IMG/VR virus record: IMGVR_UViG_3300042922_000542
Span: 182,148-246,147 of that record
Length of the DNA: 64,000 bases
Reading direction: 5' to 3' (one strand)
This document shows positions 10,545 through 20,104 of the stretch, in pieces (positions within the stretch are counted from its first letter, which is position 1; every line of letters begins with the position of its first letter). Under the pieces are notes generated by a model, which saw only the letters and a list, made by a program, of their open reading frames with translations, was not told the origin of the DNA and did not search any database. A program made the translations under genes and the position numbers.

Positions 10545-12698
10545 TTAAAACATATTAATTTGATCAAAAAATGATGGTGGTATATCAACTGAGTCATCAA
10601 ATATATTATTGCTGTTAGGACGATTGGAATAGATAGGATCATAGATATTACTATTAACGGCTACTGCATATTTTTGCATTTGTTCCATTTCAATTGTGGT
10701 ACTTATTACAATCTCCTCAAACGTTACATTATCTGATGAGAAAAATTCTATATTACCACCAGATTTAATTTCTACATTCTGTTCATAATTCGGTTCTAAT
10801 GCCCCATAAATAGGATGGTCGGTTTTTCTAATACCAAAAAATTCTAAATTATCTCCGGTATAATAAACATAAATTGCATGATTATATGACATTACACAGT
10901 CATCATGTTCACCCTTAGCTGCTTGGATTTTACCAGTTGATGTTCTAATCAGTTTACACATATCATCGACTAAATATTCAGTATTAAGAATTTGCTTGCA
11001 TTCCTTAATGTGATTAAATAATAATTCAAACATAGCATCACGAACTTTTTTCGATGTATATGTACCATATTTCTTATATTGTTGCGATAATTTCTTTAAT
11101 TCATAATCACTTTCAGATTCATTTGCCATATCTTCCAATTGCTGTAATGAATCGGACCAGTATAAATTATCTTTAATTGAGCTTTCACAGATGGCGTGGA
11201 TTAAATATATACCCATGCTATTACGCTCAGGTATCAATACACCCTTTGGAATATAGTTAATTATAAGATCTATTAATACACGTAATAACTCAGTCCCACT
11301 TATATATGGTGATTTAAATTCTGCAGCAATTTGTAAGTTGTAAGGATTAACTATAGTTATAGATGTATTATCACCGCCACCACCGCCAGAAGGATCCACA
11401 CCTATTAAATACGGAATATTGGAATCCAATAATAATTTTGTATTTTGTTCATGCGGATATGTCAACATACGCCATTTCTTATTAAGTATGATGTCTGTAG
11501 TTGATTTCTGCATATGTGATATTAGGAATTCAAGATCTTCAGGTTCTATTGGTGAATCTGTAGATCCTCTTAGACGTTGCATTAATATTTCACGTCTAAT
11601 TGCCATTTTATCACCAGACAAATTATATTGCTCTTCAACCCACTTATGTGTTTTTCTAAGTTGCCAATACTGATATTCGATATAGAATATTCTTGTAACT
11701 TCTCTACTCTTATCGGTTGTGTCATCTTGATGATATTCATCGCGATATGCACTGATGTAATCTTCAATTTCTGCATCACTCATATCATATATTCGCTCAG
11801 TCCATGGAACCATTGATTTTATAATTGGTGCAGCAGTAGCACCTTCTCTTGTATCAAGATTACCAGGCGTTGTTGTGAAGATTCTACCATAAGGACGTCC
11901 TGCAATGGCAGCATTCTCAGATGCGGTTTTAAATGCAGGAGCAGAGTTGGATAATAATACATCAAAATATGGAGTATGTTCGATCTCGTCAAAATATACT
12001 ATGGACATAGAGTCACCACGGGCCATACCTTGGGCATGGGACATACTCGTGGGTTTTGGATGCATAACAATACGATTACCTCTGACTTTATTTTCAAGTA
12101 TTTCTGTTGCTTGTCGTGTCTTTTTAGTTTTACCGTCATTATCAATGAATCGTTTAAACTGTAACCATTCAGGAAGAACATCAATATCATTCTTTAAGTC
12201 TCTTAGGTTCTTCTTAGTGTTATCTGTGTCCTTACCAAAGAAATTGATATTAGCATTTTGAGATGCCAACTGAAAACACCATGATACGATAGTCGAAATA
12301 CTACCAGTTGTTTTATATGTCTGACGAGGTTCGCATAAACATGAGTCAAATCTTTTCGCAAAGCACCATATCAATGCGGCTAATCCACGATGTAAACAAA
12401 AGTCGACAGTACCCTTATCTGATTGAATCCTAGCAACGGTTCTTGCATAAAACCAAATATTTGATTGCAATTCACGCATTAGAATTTCTATTTCATGTCG
12501 TGTTATATTCTTTTTAAAAGGATCTATATCGCATACACCGGAATTAGGATATTTCACTTCCAACATAAAATAATAATTTTTTATACCGAGTGCTTTTAAT
12601 TCCATGGCGGTTTGCATAAAACTTTCATTTTTTGGTGAAAAGTCATAATATTTATATTCGCCTGTATGCGGATCCATAATTCTTTTGATATCAGCCAT
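10545..12698 (-). CDS. terminase large subunit
   Basis: Walker A PRQTYKT, Walker B VYFDE, coupling motif FTTTP, RNase H-like nuclease GVDPSGG...HDDCVMS. Confidence 0.92.
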   Translation of the reverse strand: MADIKRIMDPHTGEYKYYDFSPKNESFMQTAMELKALGIKNYYFMLEVKYPNSGVCDIDPFKKNITRHEIEILMRELQSNIWFYARTVARIQSDKGTVDFCLHRGLAALIWCFAKRFDSCLCEPRQTYKTTGSISTIVSWCFQLASQNANINFFGKDTDNTKKNLRDLKNDIDVLPEWLQFKRFIDNDGKTKKTRQATEILENKVRGNRIVMHPKPTSMSHAQGMARGDSMSIVYFDEIEHTPYFDVLLSNSAPAFKTASENAAIAGRPYGRIFTTTPGNLDTREGATAAPIIKSMVPWTERIYDMSDAEIEDYISAYRDEYHQDDTTDKSREVTRIFYIEYQYWQLRKTHKWVEEQYNLSGDKMAIRREILMQRLRGSTDSPIEPEDLEFLISHMQKSTTDIILNKKWRMLTYPHEQNTKLLLDSNIPYLIGVDPSGGGGGDNTSITIVNPYNLQIAAEFKSPYISGTELLRVLIDLIINYIPKGVLIPERNSMGIYLIHAICESSIKDNLYWSDSLQQLEDMANESESDYELKKLSQQYKKYGTYTSKKVRDAMFELLFNHIKECKQILNTEYLVDDMCKLIRTSTGKIQAAKGEHDDCVMSYNHAIYVYYTGDNLEFFGIRKTDHPIYGALEPNYEQNVEIKSGGNIEFFSSDNVTFEEIVISTTIEMEQMQKYAVAVNSNIYDPIYSNRPNSNNIFDDSVDIPPSFFDQINMF

Positions 12699-12868
12699 TT
12701 ATTTAATATTACTCCTTTCTTCAGTCTATTACTTAAAAAGTATTATAAATGAGGTAGTAGTTCTTAATTAGAAAAAAACGCATATAACAATTATTGCATG
12801 ATACATTATAATATTATCATAAGGAATATAAATATTAAAAATTAAAATAAATAGGAGGTAATATTAAT

Positions 12869-13243
12869 ATGACTAAAGGTCGACTTGGAAAAAGAATAAC
12901 TGAAAATTATATTAAATTACTAAACAACGGAGGGTCGATTAATATGAGAATGTGGCAAAAGGAAATTGAAGTACATTGTGCACAAAGATGTACATTAAAT
13001 CTATTAGGTTACGAAAATACATCTGAAGCAGTAATGGTGTATGTACAAATCGTAGGAATTCAAAACAAGGTATTGGTTATTAGACCGCGATCTAGCGGGG
13101 GTGGTTATACAATAGAAGTTCATACCAAGAAACCAAAATTCAATGGTGTAATAAGTGTAGAAATGATATATGTCGATGGACTTAGAGAGGTACATAAAAT
13201 TTTAGATGAAATGTCATCTGATGATTTTTCATATTTCTTATAA
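12869..13243 (+). CDS. hypothetical protein (putative early gene)
   Basis: GGAGG SD; a second in-frame SD+ATG lies near 12941. Confidence 0.7.
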   Translation: MTKGRLGKRITENYIKLLNNGGSINMRMWQKEIEVHCAQRCTLNLLGYENTSEAVMVYVQIVGIQNKVLVIRPRSSGGGYTIEVHTKKPKFNGVISVEMIYVDGLREVHKILDEMSSDDFSYFL

Positions 13244-13252
13244 TTAAAGGCG

Positions 13253-13594
13253 GTGAATAAAATGTTAATGATTTATTTCATAACAGAAACAGGTAGACCT
13301 TTACCGAATGATACAGTTATATCAGTGCTTGATCGAATGGTGGAGACTAAAAAAATAGAAAAACCACCATATGCAAGTAGAAACGGTATCATCATTAATA
13401 ATGCAGAATATTTATTTAAAAATATTGCTGATAACTGCAATAATGATTTTGACATCGTGTATTATAATGATAACAATGGTAGTTGGAAGGTACTAACAGA
13501 TTCAGAGTTAATGGATTTCGTTATAACGTTAAATAATATGACGGATCAATCAATATTGTCCAGTAAAGTATTAAATAATATTAATAATAATTAA
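13253..13594 (+). CDS. hypothetical protein, paralogue of 13621-13950
   Basis: MIYFITETGRPLPNDT shared with the next gene. Confidence 0.75.
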   Translation: MNKMLMIYFITETGRPLPNDTVISVLDRMVETKKIEKPPYASRNGIIINNAEYLFKNIADNCNNDFDIVYYNDNNGSWKVLTDSELMDFVITLNNMTDQSILSSKVLNNINNN

Positions 13595-13620
13595 TAAAAA
13601 AATAAGAGGGGGCTAAAAAA

Positions 13621-13950
13621 ATGATGATGATTTATATTATAACAGAAAATGGAAAACGGTTGCCGAATGATACAATTACATCGGTAATAAAAGAAATGGT
13701 GGATACTAACGCAATATCTGAACCGGGATGTTCATTTAAAAGTATTACACATGCAGATGCGCCTAATGATATACTAGAAAATATCAATAGACAGAAGGAT
13801 GGATTTGTAATAATACGTTATGATAATTGCTGTAGTGAATGGACGAAATTCAATGAAAAAGAAACAAATGAATTAATTACAGCATTATCGAACCCATTAT
13901 ATCAACAATTATCGCTCAACATATTGTTGAGTATATTATTCAACAAATAA
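13621..13950 (+). CDS. hypothetical protein, paralogue of 13253-13594
   Basis: MIYIITENGKRLPNDT. Confidence 0.75.
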   Translation: MMMIYIITENGKRLPNDTITSVIKEMVDTNAISEPGCSFKSITHADAPNDILENINRQKDGFVIIRYDNCCSEWTKFNEKETNELITALSNPLYQQLSLNILLSILFNK

Positions 13951-13958
13951 TAAAATAC

Positions 13959-13983
13959 GAGGAGGGGTCATTGACCCCTCCTC
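13959..13983. terminator. bidirectional terminator
   Basis: GAGGAGGGGTC/GACCCCTCCTC between convergent genes. Confidence 0.85.
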
Positions 13984-13993
13984 ATTTTACATT

Positions 13994-16900
13994 CTATCCT
14001 TCATAATTTTTTGGATACTTTATATCAATTATAGGACGATCTGCACTTGGTACAGGCATATCCATTATATTTTTTATTGCAGCTAATAATTGCGTTCTCA
14101 TATCTACCAGATATTGATAAGTATGAGGTACGATATAATTTTTAGTACCCACATCCAAAAGCTCAATATACCATTCAACAATTTCAAGTTTACCATATGC
14201 GTATGATACTATCATCATTTTATCATTAGCAGTTCTAATTGATTCACCCTCAATTGTTATATATGCTACAAGATCTGCTGGTATTTTCTTCAATCTTTTA
14301 ATTTTAACCTTTTCATTGAATACCATTTTATCTTCTATATATTTTTCACATTGTGCATATTCAAATCTGGATGTATATAATTCAATCTCTGTATCGAAAC
14401 CAGAATTATAGAATCTTTCTACGATTTGTGGTAGACTTTGCAATGATCGCACAGTCTCGGTATATGTGACATTAGTAGTTAATTGTGATATCAATGATTT
14501 TAAATCATGTATTATTTTTTTCTTAGACTTTTCAGGAGTTGGGTATGTCTCAACTATATCTGAAATGAATTTATTTACTTTATCAATTAATTCCATATCA
14601 GGGTTGAAAACCTTATTTACTTCTCCATCAACATCTCTGAATACGAGCAGCATACTTAATGTATATATAACGACACCATCGAGAGGTCCAATCAATAACT
14701 TCTTAGTAGGTGTATCGAATTTCATTAAATTCATTGCTATTTTTTCAGCACCTTTGTCTATATTACTATTATAGTATTTAATTGCATTCTCAAAACAATT
14801 TAAGAGATCGTCAGGTGTTTTAAATGTCTTAAATAATTTTTTAGATACTTTAATATTAATTGATCCGCTTCTTCGTAAAAACGTGGTAAATGTTTCATGG
14901 CCATTTATAAACCTATCAACAAATATATTATCGCCATTTTTCTTGATAGATAAATTAGGAGGTATAAATTCAAAATCAATATCACTTTTATCATTAGTAA
15001 ATCCAATTGATATAGCATCAAATTCACTTGCCCATTCTCGCAATGGACCTTCTGATATTAAATTAGCAATTGTATTTAATGTACTTTCACTAACCTTACC
15101 ACTTTTATCTATGATTGATTTGGCCAATGTTAATATGGTTTGCTTTGCGGTAGCAATCTTGGCTTTGTCAATTTTATTTAAGCCCATGGATTCCCCTCTA
15201 CCACCAGGAGTTTTAGTTAATCTATTATCCGGCTGTAAATACCAGCCACAGTTAACACATCTCGCTTGACCCCCACCATATGAGAATGAATGTTCACAAT
15301 TCTCTGGTGCGACAGAAAATGTAGATTCTATATATGGGGTTCCGTTATTAGCATAATCCCAAAGTTTCTTAGCCGCATCATCATCAAATCTGAGTTCAAA
15401 CATATCGATTCCATCATCGGGATCCCCACCAAGAACAATTGTTATACCAGGATATTTCTGTTGGAAATCAACCCTACCATCTTCAAATTCTCTATCAATT
15501 TCTTGAAGTAATAAATAAAGCTCATAATGTAAAAATCTATACGATTTTTGTTCATCCAGGGTCATCTTCTTATATAATTCATATTCCGCATCTTCAAAAT
15601 TAAAAGTTTGCTGTTGATCAGTTACGTATATAACTGCACTATATGAATTATTCTGTGGACTATGTGTAACACTACCACACCCTGTAATCGATGAATATAT
15701 ATATTTCTCGATCTCATCAATTATATGTTTTTCGGATAGTCTACTATATTCAGATTTTTTCACTTTATCCTTGATCTTGGTTAGAATTTGCTTATTTAGA
15801 TCATCAACAAGTGTTGAAATAATTGGTGGTAAGTTATCCTTTGATATGTTAATAGTCTTAGGTTTATTGCTATTATCATTATTGGTAGTAAATATATTAA
15901 ATTTATTTTTAAAACTAGTATTATCAGATTTATGTTTAAGAAATTGCGCGCGCTTGATGTTATAGTTATTGATATCAACTGCTTCTGTTTTAATATGATT
16001 ATCCACTACATTACCACGATTTTTAAACTTATTCCATAATTGTTCAGCAATTTTATCTGATGGATAAACATCGTATCCTTCTAAATTATGCCCATCATTA
16101 AATTCATATTCCAATCTTAAATCATATTTTTTGGATATAATGGGTTTAACTTTATTAAATACTTCGGTGATTAATGTGTGGAATAAATGTGCTTGCGTAT
16201 CATTTCGATCATTTACAACATGTCCTGTAATCTGTATCATACATTGATACTTCCCACTTTCAGTTGGCCAAATTTGGACAGCTTTATTATCATCAATCTC
16301 TGATAATGGCGTACAAAATTTATCAATATATTCTTTACATTTTTCAGATGTTAAAACTGATTTATATTTATCAGTCCTAATCATATGCTGTAAAGTTTCA
16401 ACTATGAATTTATTAGTTTGATTTAATTTTATTTGAAAGACCATTGGTAAATCTTTACGTTGATTATACAACCTAGGTTCAGTTGCTTCATTATAGATAT
16501 TATTAATATTCATATCTATTATATTCTCCTTCCATTCATAAGATTCTTTTTGGATATCAGATGCACTTTCATTTGTTTGTTTCAATTTATTTATAATGTG
16601 GTCAAACTCAGATCGTCCCATTGTAATATATTCATAAATTTTAATAGTCTCATTTATTAAAAGAACTCTTTCTTCCATCGTAAGGGTTTTATTTAATCTT
16701 TTTTTCATAATAATAATTAATATTTCTTTAGGAATTTTATAAAATGCCAATTTACCATATGGCTCATCTTTCCAGTTTTTAGATGGCATAATATGATGCA
16801 TAATATTAATCATATCCATAAAGTCAATATGCATAATATCATTAGCGAGCTTTTCTGGTTTCAAATGATAGTATGCTGCACTTATATTGGATAATTCCTG

Positions 16901-17512
16901 ATCTCTCGCGTTAGCATTATTATCAATAACTGTATTTAATATTGTACCAAACATTCCATTCTTTATTTCATATTCAACACGATCATATATTGATATATCC
17001 TTAATTGTTAATATATGACCAATTTCATGAGATATTATTATTTTTAAATCATCTATTGTTTTATAATTAAACGCAATCATTTTTTTTATATTTATAATCA
17101 TGGCCGGAATACGATTAGTGTCATCTTTAAATTTATCAATATATTGCGATATATTTGTGGATTGACTTATATTATATTTATTCAAATCTTCAATTTTGAT
17201 AGATTTAATCATTATTTTTGCATCAGGATGCATTAGATTCGAGTCATCCTCAATAAATATAACTAGAATATTATATTTTCTAATAAATTCTTCGAGTATC
17301 ATTTTAATATCAGTTTCCGACAAATCAGGTGTCGTATATTTCGTTTTTTCATCATGTATTGTCTTATTATTTAATTTATTATTTAATTTATTATTTATTT
17401 CAATAATTTTCAATGGAGATTTAATCAAATTTTGCATTAATATATCCATATTTTGTAAATTAATTAATAAATCAATATCATTTTTATTTATATGATTTAA
17501 TGCGTTATTCAT
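13994..17512 (-). CDS. multidomain putative head protein with N-terminal zincin (HExxH) domain
   Basis: IISHEIGH...PEKLAND; repeated xxE-S/A motifs; CEH...CVNC; lies directly downstream of the major capsid gene. Confidence 0.65.
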   Translation of the reverse strand: MNNALNHINKNDIDLLINLQNMDILMQNLIKSPLKIIEINNKLNNKLNNKTIHDEKTKYTTPDLSETDIKMILEEFIRKYNILVIFIEDDSNLMHPDAKIMIKSIKIEDLNKYNISQSTNISQYIDKFKDDTNRIPAMIINIKKMIAFNYKTIDDLKIIISHEIGHILTIKDISIYDRVEYEIKNGMFGTILNTVIDNNANARDQELSNISAAYYHLKPEKLANDIMHIDFMDMINIMHHIMPSKNWKDEPYGKLAFYKIPKEILIIIMKKRLNKTLTMEERVLLINETIKIYEYITMGRSEFDHIINKLKQTNESASDIQKESYEWKENIIDMNINNIYNEATEPRLYNQRKDLPMVFQIKLNQTNKFIVETLQHMIRTDKYKSVLTSEKCKEYIDKFCTPLSEIDDNKAVQIWPTESGKYQCMIQITGHVVNDRNDTQAHLFHTLITEVFNKVKPIISKKYDLRLEYEFNDGHNLEGYDVYPSDKIAEQLWNKFKNRGNVVDNHIKTEAVDINNYNIKRAQFLKHKSDNTSFKNKFNIFTTNNDNSNKPKTINISKDNLPPIISTLVDDLNKQILTKIKDKVKKSEYSRLSEKHIIDEIEKYIYSSITGCGSVTHSPQNNSYSAVIYVTDQQQTFNFEDAEYELYKKMTLDEQKSYRFLHYELYLLLQEIDREFEDGRVDFQQKYPGITIVLGGDPDDGIDMFELRFDDDAAKKLWDYANNGTPYIESTFSVAPENCEHSFSYGGGQARCVNCGWYLQPDNRLTKTPGGRGESMGLNKIDKAKIATAKQTILTLAKSIIDKSGKVSESTLNTIANLISEGPLREWASEFDAISIGFTNDKSDIDFEFIPPNLSIKKNGDNIFVDRFINGHETFTTFLRRSGSINIKVSKKLFKTFKTPDDLLNCFENAIKYYNSNIDKGAEKIAMNLMKFDTPTKKLLIGPLDGVVIYTLSMLLVFRDVDGEVNKVFNPDMELIDKVNKFISDIVETYPTPEKSKKKIIHDLKSLISQLTTNVTYTETVRSLQSLPQIVERFYNSGFDTEIELYTSRFEYAQCEKYIEDKMVFNEKVKIKRLKKIPADLVAYITIEGESIRTANDKMMIVSYAYGKLEIVEWYIELLDVGTKNYIVPHTYQYLVDMRTQLLAAIKNIMDMPVPSADRPIIDIKYPKNYEG

Positions 17513-17566
17513 AATATATGCTCCTATAATAAAAGGTATTATACCTTGGTCTATTATGAAAAAAAG

Positions 17567-17602
17567 AAATATAGAGCGGGAATAAGTCCCCGCTCTATAT
17601 TT
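17567..17602 (-). terminator. intrinsic terminator after major capsid gene
   Basis: AAATATAGAGCGGG/CCCGCTCTATATTT. Confidence 0.85.
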
Positions 17603-17623
17603 TTATATAATTAAAGAGGTGTA

Positions 17624-19411
17624 TTAAACAACTTCACCATATACATCAGCACTGTTAAGCATAACAAGTCTTGCCTGAATACCTTGAACAGAGATATCTT
17701 TGTATCTGCTTGTTGCAGTAACAATTGTATATGCTCCGCCAGGTCTATTAGTTGACTCGTACGCTGTTTGACTTTGTGAAGTCATTAAGTGTGAAGTATA
17801 TTTTAAGTGTTTGAAAGAAATATGTTCGTCATCAGTTGGGTAAGCATAGATTCTAAGAACAAGTTCTTTCTTATTTGTTGGAGCTACAGCTGCATCTGTA
17901 TATGCTTTATATACGTTTGATGCAACAACTCTAACCGGTGCACTCATATCTGTTGCAAAACCATATGAGTTGTTTACAGTGATACCACCAACTGATGCTC
18001 CCTGTTGGTAGTTCCATGTTGTCCATTTAGAAATAAGTTGGCAAGCCATTGGGTTACCAGCGATAACAAAGCTTAAGTTATCCAATTTAGCAGCTTCACA
18101 GAGTTTGTATATCAAACCTTTGATGGCAAATTGAACTGCATTTGCTTTGTATATAAATGGATCTCCAGCAAATCCAACCGGTGCTTTAAGATCAACCACA
18201 TGTTCCTGAACAAGTGATTCCAATTTATAGATGTCAGATTTAGTTCCAGCATATTTCTTATATTCATCATCAAGGAATCTAAGAACATTTTGTCCCTCTA
18301 TCATTTCTTGTGTCTTAACTATTTCATCAACCATTCTGTTGTAATAATTAATATCAAGTAATGCAGCAGCATCTTCGATTTCTTCTATTGAGAAAGGCAT
18401 ATTCCATCTTGCACCGTCTTCAATTGTGAATTTTATCAATTCACGTTTTTCTCTAACAGATACAGTTCTTGTATTTAATTCATTTGATAAATATCCTTCG
18501 AATACAACCCCAGTAACTTGAGCGTTGCAAGCAGATACATTAACAGTACCTTTTTTGAAATCAATTTTACCAGATACGCTATCTTTGATTATGGTTCCAT
18601 CATCTGCAACGAAATCAAGATCGCCATTTACAAATGTACCGCCAGTTGAGAATTCAACAGTAATGCCGTTTCCTTTAAGTTTATAAATTTTAGTAGCAAC
18701 TTCAACAGCAACAATTTTGATATTGTATGATAATCTATCTTGACCAGGTATTCCATCAGTAAGATTGTCAATGATATCATATTGATAAGCTGGTACTGCA
18801 ACTACAGTATCTTTTATTACATGACCTTTAGCAGCATCCCAAATCTTTTCCCATGTTCCATCAAATATACATTTTGGATATTCATACTCGTCACCAGTTG
18901 TATTGTCAACAAGATATGTAGTCTTAATGTGTTTTGCAAGGTTAGGAGTCTTAGTAGTTTCCACTTCAATAACATCTTTTATTATTGATTGGAAGAACTG
19001 TTTAGCAAGAGTTGGAAACTCTAATGTAGCGATCGGTAAGAATGAAAGTGTTGAAGCTGATTCATTGTAACTTCTAACTTTAGCATCCCAAAGTCTTTCA
19101 ACGTTTTCAACAAAGCTTTCAATGTGAGGGTCATTTGCAGATGCATTTCTGAATCCCTCGTATATTGGCTGTAATAGGTCTACCTTGTATGATTCCATAA
19201 ATGCTTTGTCGCCTACCATTGCACCTAAGTCACGTTTAATATCAATACCTACGCGGCTTTTGTAAGATTCATATAACTCATTAAAATTTTCCTGGAATGA
19301 TTTCCCAGATCTTGACACCTCAAATGAACTGCGTGAATTTGCAAGGTTTGGTGTTATTGTACCAGCGGATTCTCCGAACCAAGATCCGTTATTATTTCTT
19401 TGATAACTCAT
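17624..19411 (-). CDS. major capsid protein precursor
   Basis: 595 aa; strongly biased codon usage; own late promoter and terminator; ES-rich N-terminal propeptide; jumbo-phage MCP-like SIEEIEDAAAL and IAGNPMACQLI. Confidence 0.75.
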   Translation of the reverse strand: MSYQRNNNGSWFGESAGTITPNLANSRSSFEVSRSGKSFQENFNELYESYKSRVGIDIKRDLGAMVGDKAFMESYKVDLLQPIYEGFRNASANDPHIESFVENVERLWDAKVRSYNESASTLSFLPIATLEFPTLAKQFFQSIIKDVIEVETTKTPNLAKHIKTTYLVDNTTGDEYEYPKCIFDGTWEKIWDAAKGHVIKDTVVAVPAYQYDIIDNLTDGIPGQDRLSYNIKIVAVEVATKIYKLKGNGITVEFSTGGTFVNGDLDFVADDGTIIKDSVSGKIDFKKGTVNVSACNAQVTGVVFEGYLSNELNTRTVSVREKRELIKFTIEDGARWNMPFSIEEIEDAAALLDINYYNRMVDEIVKTQEMIEGQNVLRFLDDEYKKYAGTKSDIYKLESLVQEHVVDLKAPVGFAGDPFIYKANAVQFAIKGLIYKLCEAAKLDNLSFVIAGNPMACQLISKWTTWNYQQGASVGGITVNNSYGFATDMSAPVRVVASNVYKAYTDAAVAPTNKKELVLRIYAYPTDDEHISFKHLKYTSHLMTSQSQTAYESTNRPGGAYTIVTATSRYKDISVQGIQARLVMLNSADVYGEVV

Positions 19412-19484
19412 AATTGGTTTATCTCCTTTGCTTAATAGTTTTTTGGTTTAATATCATAATAGATTTCAATTACTCATCGAATTT

Positions 19485-19496
19485 TAACTAATTGTT
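19485..19496 (-). promoter_or_regulatory. late promoter AACA-N6-TA (major capsid)
   Basis: AACAATTAGTTA. Confidence 0.7.
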
Positions 19497-19511
19497 ACAT
19501 ATTCATTTTAC

Positions 19512-20051
19512 CTATTGCTTTATATTCTTCTCAAAGTTCTTATCTAATAAATTTAATAAATTAAAGCACTTATTGAAAAATAATAAATTTCTAGAATAAT
19601 TGTTATTAATAAAGTTATATGACAAATAAAGGTTAATATTATCACGCAACTTTTTTAATGAATCAATAATACCTAGTGCATTTGGTGATAATGAGTATAT
19701 GATATCGTTATTATCTTTTATTAATGATATGTGATCCGTTATTACACTGATCAGTGATAAAAATTTTTTATAAAGATTTTCATTCATAACAGCTGATATT
19801 TTCTCATTGATATCTAGATTTTCTGATTCATCTTCTATATTATCTTCAGCACCAGTACCATCACCAATATCAGGAAAATCTTCTAATTCAGGTGGTGGTT
19901 CATCAAGAGGTGTATCGTCAGGTTGGGTATCAACTTCGTCTACTCCGATATCAGGGGGACCTTCATTATTAATATTACCATCATTCGATATGTCATCCCC
20001 TTCGGCTTCGAATAATACCCTCTCAAATAAACTAGGCATATTAAGCATCAC
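19512..20051 (-). CDS. putative head/scaffold-associated protein
   Basis: Very acidic, Pro-rich N-terminal half after LFEAE; helical C-terminus; lies upstream of the major capsid gene. Confidence 0.6.
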   Translation of the reverse strand: MMLNMPSLFERVLFEAEGDDISNDGNINNEGPPDIGVDEVDTQPDDTPLDEPPPELEDFPDIGDGTGAEDNIEDESENLDINEKISAVMNENLYKKFLSLISVITDHISLIKDNNDIIYSLSPNALGIIDSLKKLRDNINLYLSYNFINNNYSRNLLFFNKCFNLLNLLDKNFEKNIKQ

Positions 20052-20074
20052 ACTCCTTTACAAGTAATATATAT

Positions 20075-20086
20075 TAATTGGATGGT
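20075..20086 (-). promoter_or_regulatory. late promoter variant ACCA-N6-TA
   Basis: ACCATCCAATTA. Confidence 0.45.
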
Positions 20087-20104
20087 AATATAAATTATAT
20101 CATT

